Of a DNA stretch of 64,000 nt, positions 63,290 through 64,000 are shown one piece after another. Both the position numbers and the translations under genes were made by a program. The stretch lies in NCBI GenBank assembly GCA_000989565.1, contig LBOO01000003.1, positions 22,832-86,831 on the forward strand, given 5' to 3'. A model generated the notes under the pieces. That model worked only from the letters and a program-made list of their open reading frames with translations, was not told the origin of the DNA and made no database searches. The stretch is from Candidatus Peregrinibacteria bacterium GW2011_GWA2_33_10. Lineage in GTDB: Bacteria; Patescibacteriota; Gracilibacteria; UBA1369; GWC2-33-13. How positions within the stretch are numbered: position 1 is the stretch's first letter; every line of letters starts with the position of its first letter.

Positions 63290-64000
63290 ATGAAAAGAAA
63301 AGTTCGAAGAAAAAAACTCGCTTCAAAAACCAAAGTTGTGAGAAGGAGAAGGGAATTTGATTTTTCAATTGATAGTAGTATCGCGAAAGAAATTTGGGCT
63401 GTTTTTTATTTGGCTTTGGCAGGTCTTACTTATCTTAGTTATGAAGGTAATTTGGGGCCTTTGGGCGCGATTTGGAAGGGATTTATTTCTCCTGTTTTTG
63501 GCTATGGAATTTATTTATTGCCGATAATTTTCGTCAGTATCGCTCTTTCATTATTTTTTATAAAACAGGTGGAATATAATTTGTCGCGAATTTTTGGTCT
63601 TATTCTTTTTATCATTTCTTCCCTTTCAATTGTACATTTGTCTGTGCCTTTGATGGATTTTTATGATACAGCGAAAGAAGGAAATTTTGGCGGTTTGACG
63701 GGATTTGCCGGAGCGTTTATTTTATTTCATATTTTTGGTAAATCCGGCGCGTATGTGATAGCGATATCACTTTTTTTAATTTCAATTTTGCTTTCTTTTC
63801 AATTTTCTTTGGCTTCGATAATTACTTTGTTTGTTAAATTGTTTTTGCCGAAAAGAGCTGTAAAAGTTGATAGAAAATCATCGGATTCTTCAGAAAATAA
63901 AGAAGAAGTCGAGAAAAAAGATCTGAATATTATTAAGCCTGAGCATTTGAAAAGGGGCGGGAGTATGGTTGGCGCTTTGAAAGATTCTTTAAGTCAGGAT
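63290..64000 (+). CDS. ftsK: DNA translocase FtsK/SpoIIIE, N-terminal membrane domain (partial; continues beyond the window end)
   Basis: My translation from ATG 63290 gives MKRKVRRKKLASKTKVVRRRREFDFSIDSSIAKEIWAVFYLALAGLTYLS...GNFGGLTGFAGAFILFHIFGKSGAYVIAISLFLISILL..., a basic N-terminus followed by four TM helices as in FtsK_4TM. It is open to the window edge. The motor domain is not visible. Confidence 0.6.
   Translation, partial: MKRKVRRKKLASKTKVVRRRREFDFSIDSSIAKEIWAVFYLALAGLTYLSYEGNLGPLGAIWKGFISPVFGYGIYLLPIIFVSIALSLFFIKQVEYNLSRIFGLILFIISSLSIVHLSVPLMDFYDTAKEGNFGGLTGFAGAFILFHIFGKSGAYVIAISLFLISILLSFQFSLASIITLFVKLFLPKRAVKVDRKSSDSSENKEEVEKKDLNIIKPEHLKRGGSMVGALKDSLSQD

Noticed and set aside
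1-64000. Alternative genetic code (UGA read as an amino acid, as in some CPR-related lineages)
   Set aside because: Long conserved genes (rpoB, dnaK, pilB) are intact under the standard code. TGA also terminates genes at the expected protein ends (e.g. fba at 26439..26441, the permease at 7706..7708).

Overview
AT-rich (roughly two-thirds A+T by eye, not computed), very gene-dense bacterial chromosome segment using the standard code; TGA is used as a stop (e.g. fba at 26439..26441). The gene content and domain types suggest a reduced-genome Patescibacteria/CPR-like organism, but this is an inference. Most of the window is housekeeping: rpoC-ssb-rpoB, serS, trmD, hrcA-grpE-dnaK with a CIRCE operator, gap, fba, fbp, rsmH, mraY, rpmH-rnpA-yidC-jag, ackA/pta, gltX, two tRNA-Glu genes and a partial ftsK. 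The accessory content is: (i) a 9-gene type-IV-pilus-like operon (38014..46414) whose largest prepilin carries seven LVIVD-type repeats, with ComEC close by; (ii) an unlinked GspH/FimT-like pseudopilin fused to a DNRLRE/CBM96-like module; (iii) an AMP phosphorylase plus ribose-1,5-bisphosphate isomerase module with no RuBisCO in the window; (iv) an ECF sigma factor with a 747-aa FecR-type membrane partner; (v) a membrane protein with a degenerate PP2C-like domain and six C-terminal repeats; (vi) a family of 7-bp-periodic intergenic repeats, as four linear RATYAGN arrays and two long hairpins built from GTAATYC/GRATTAC heptads. I saw no rRNA, CRISPR array, transposase, integrase or recognisable defence system. 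All homology calls come from reading motifs in the supplied translations or my own translations. No database search was run.
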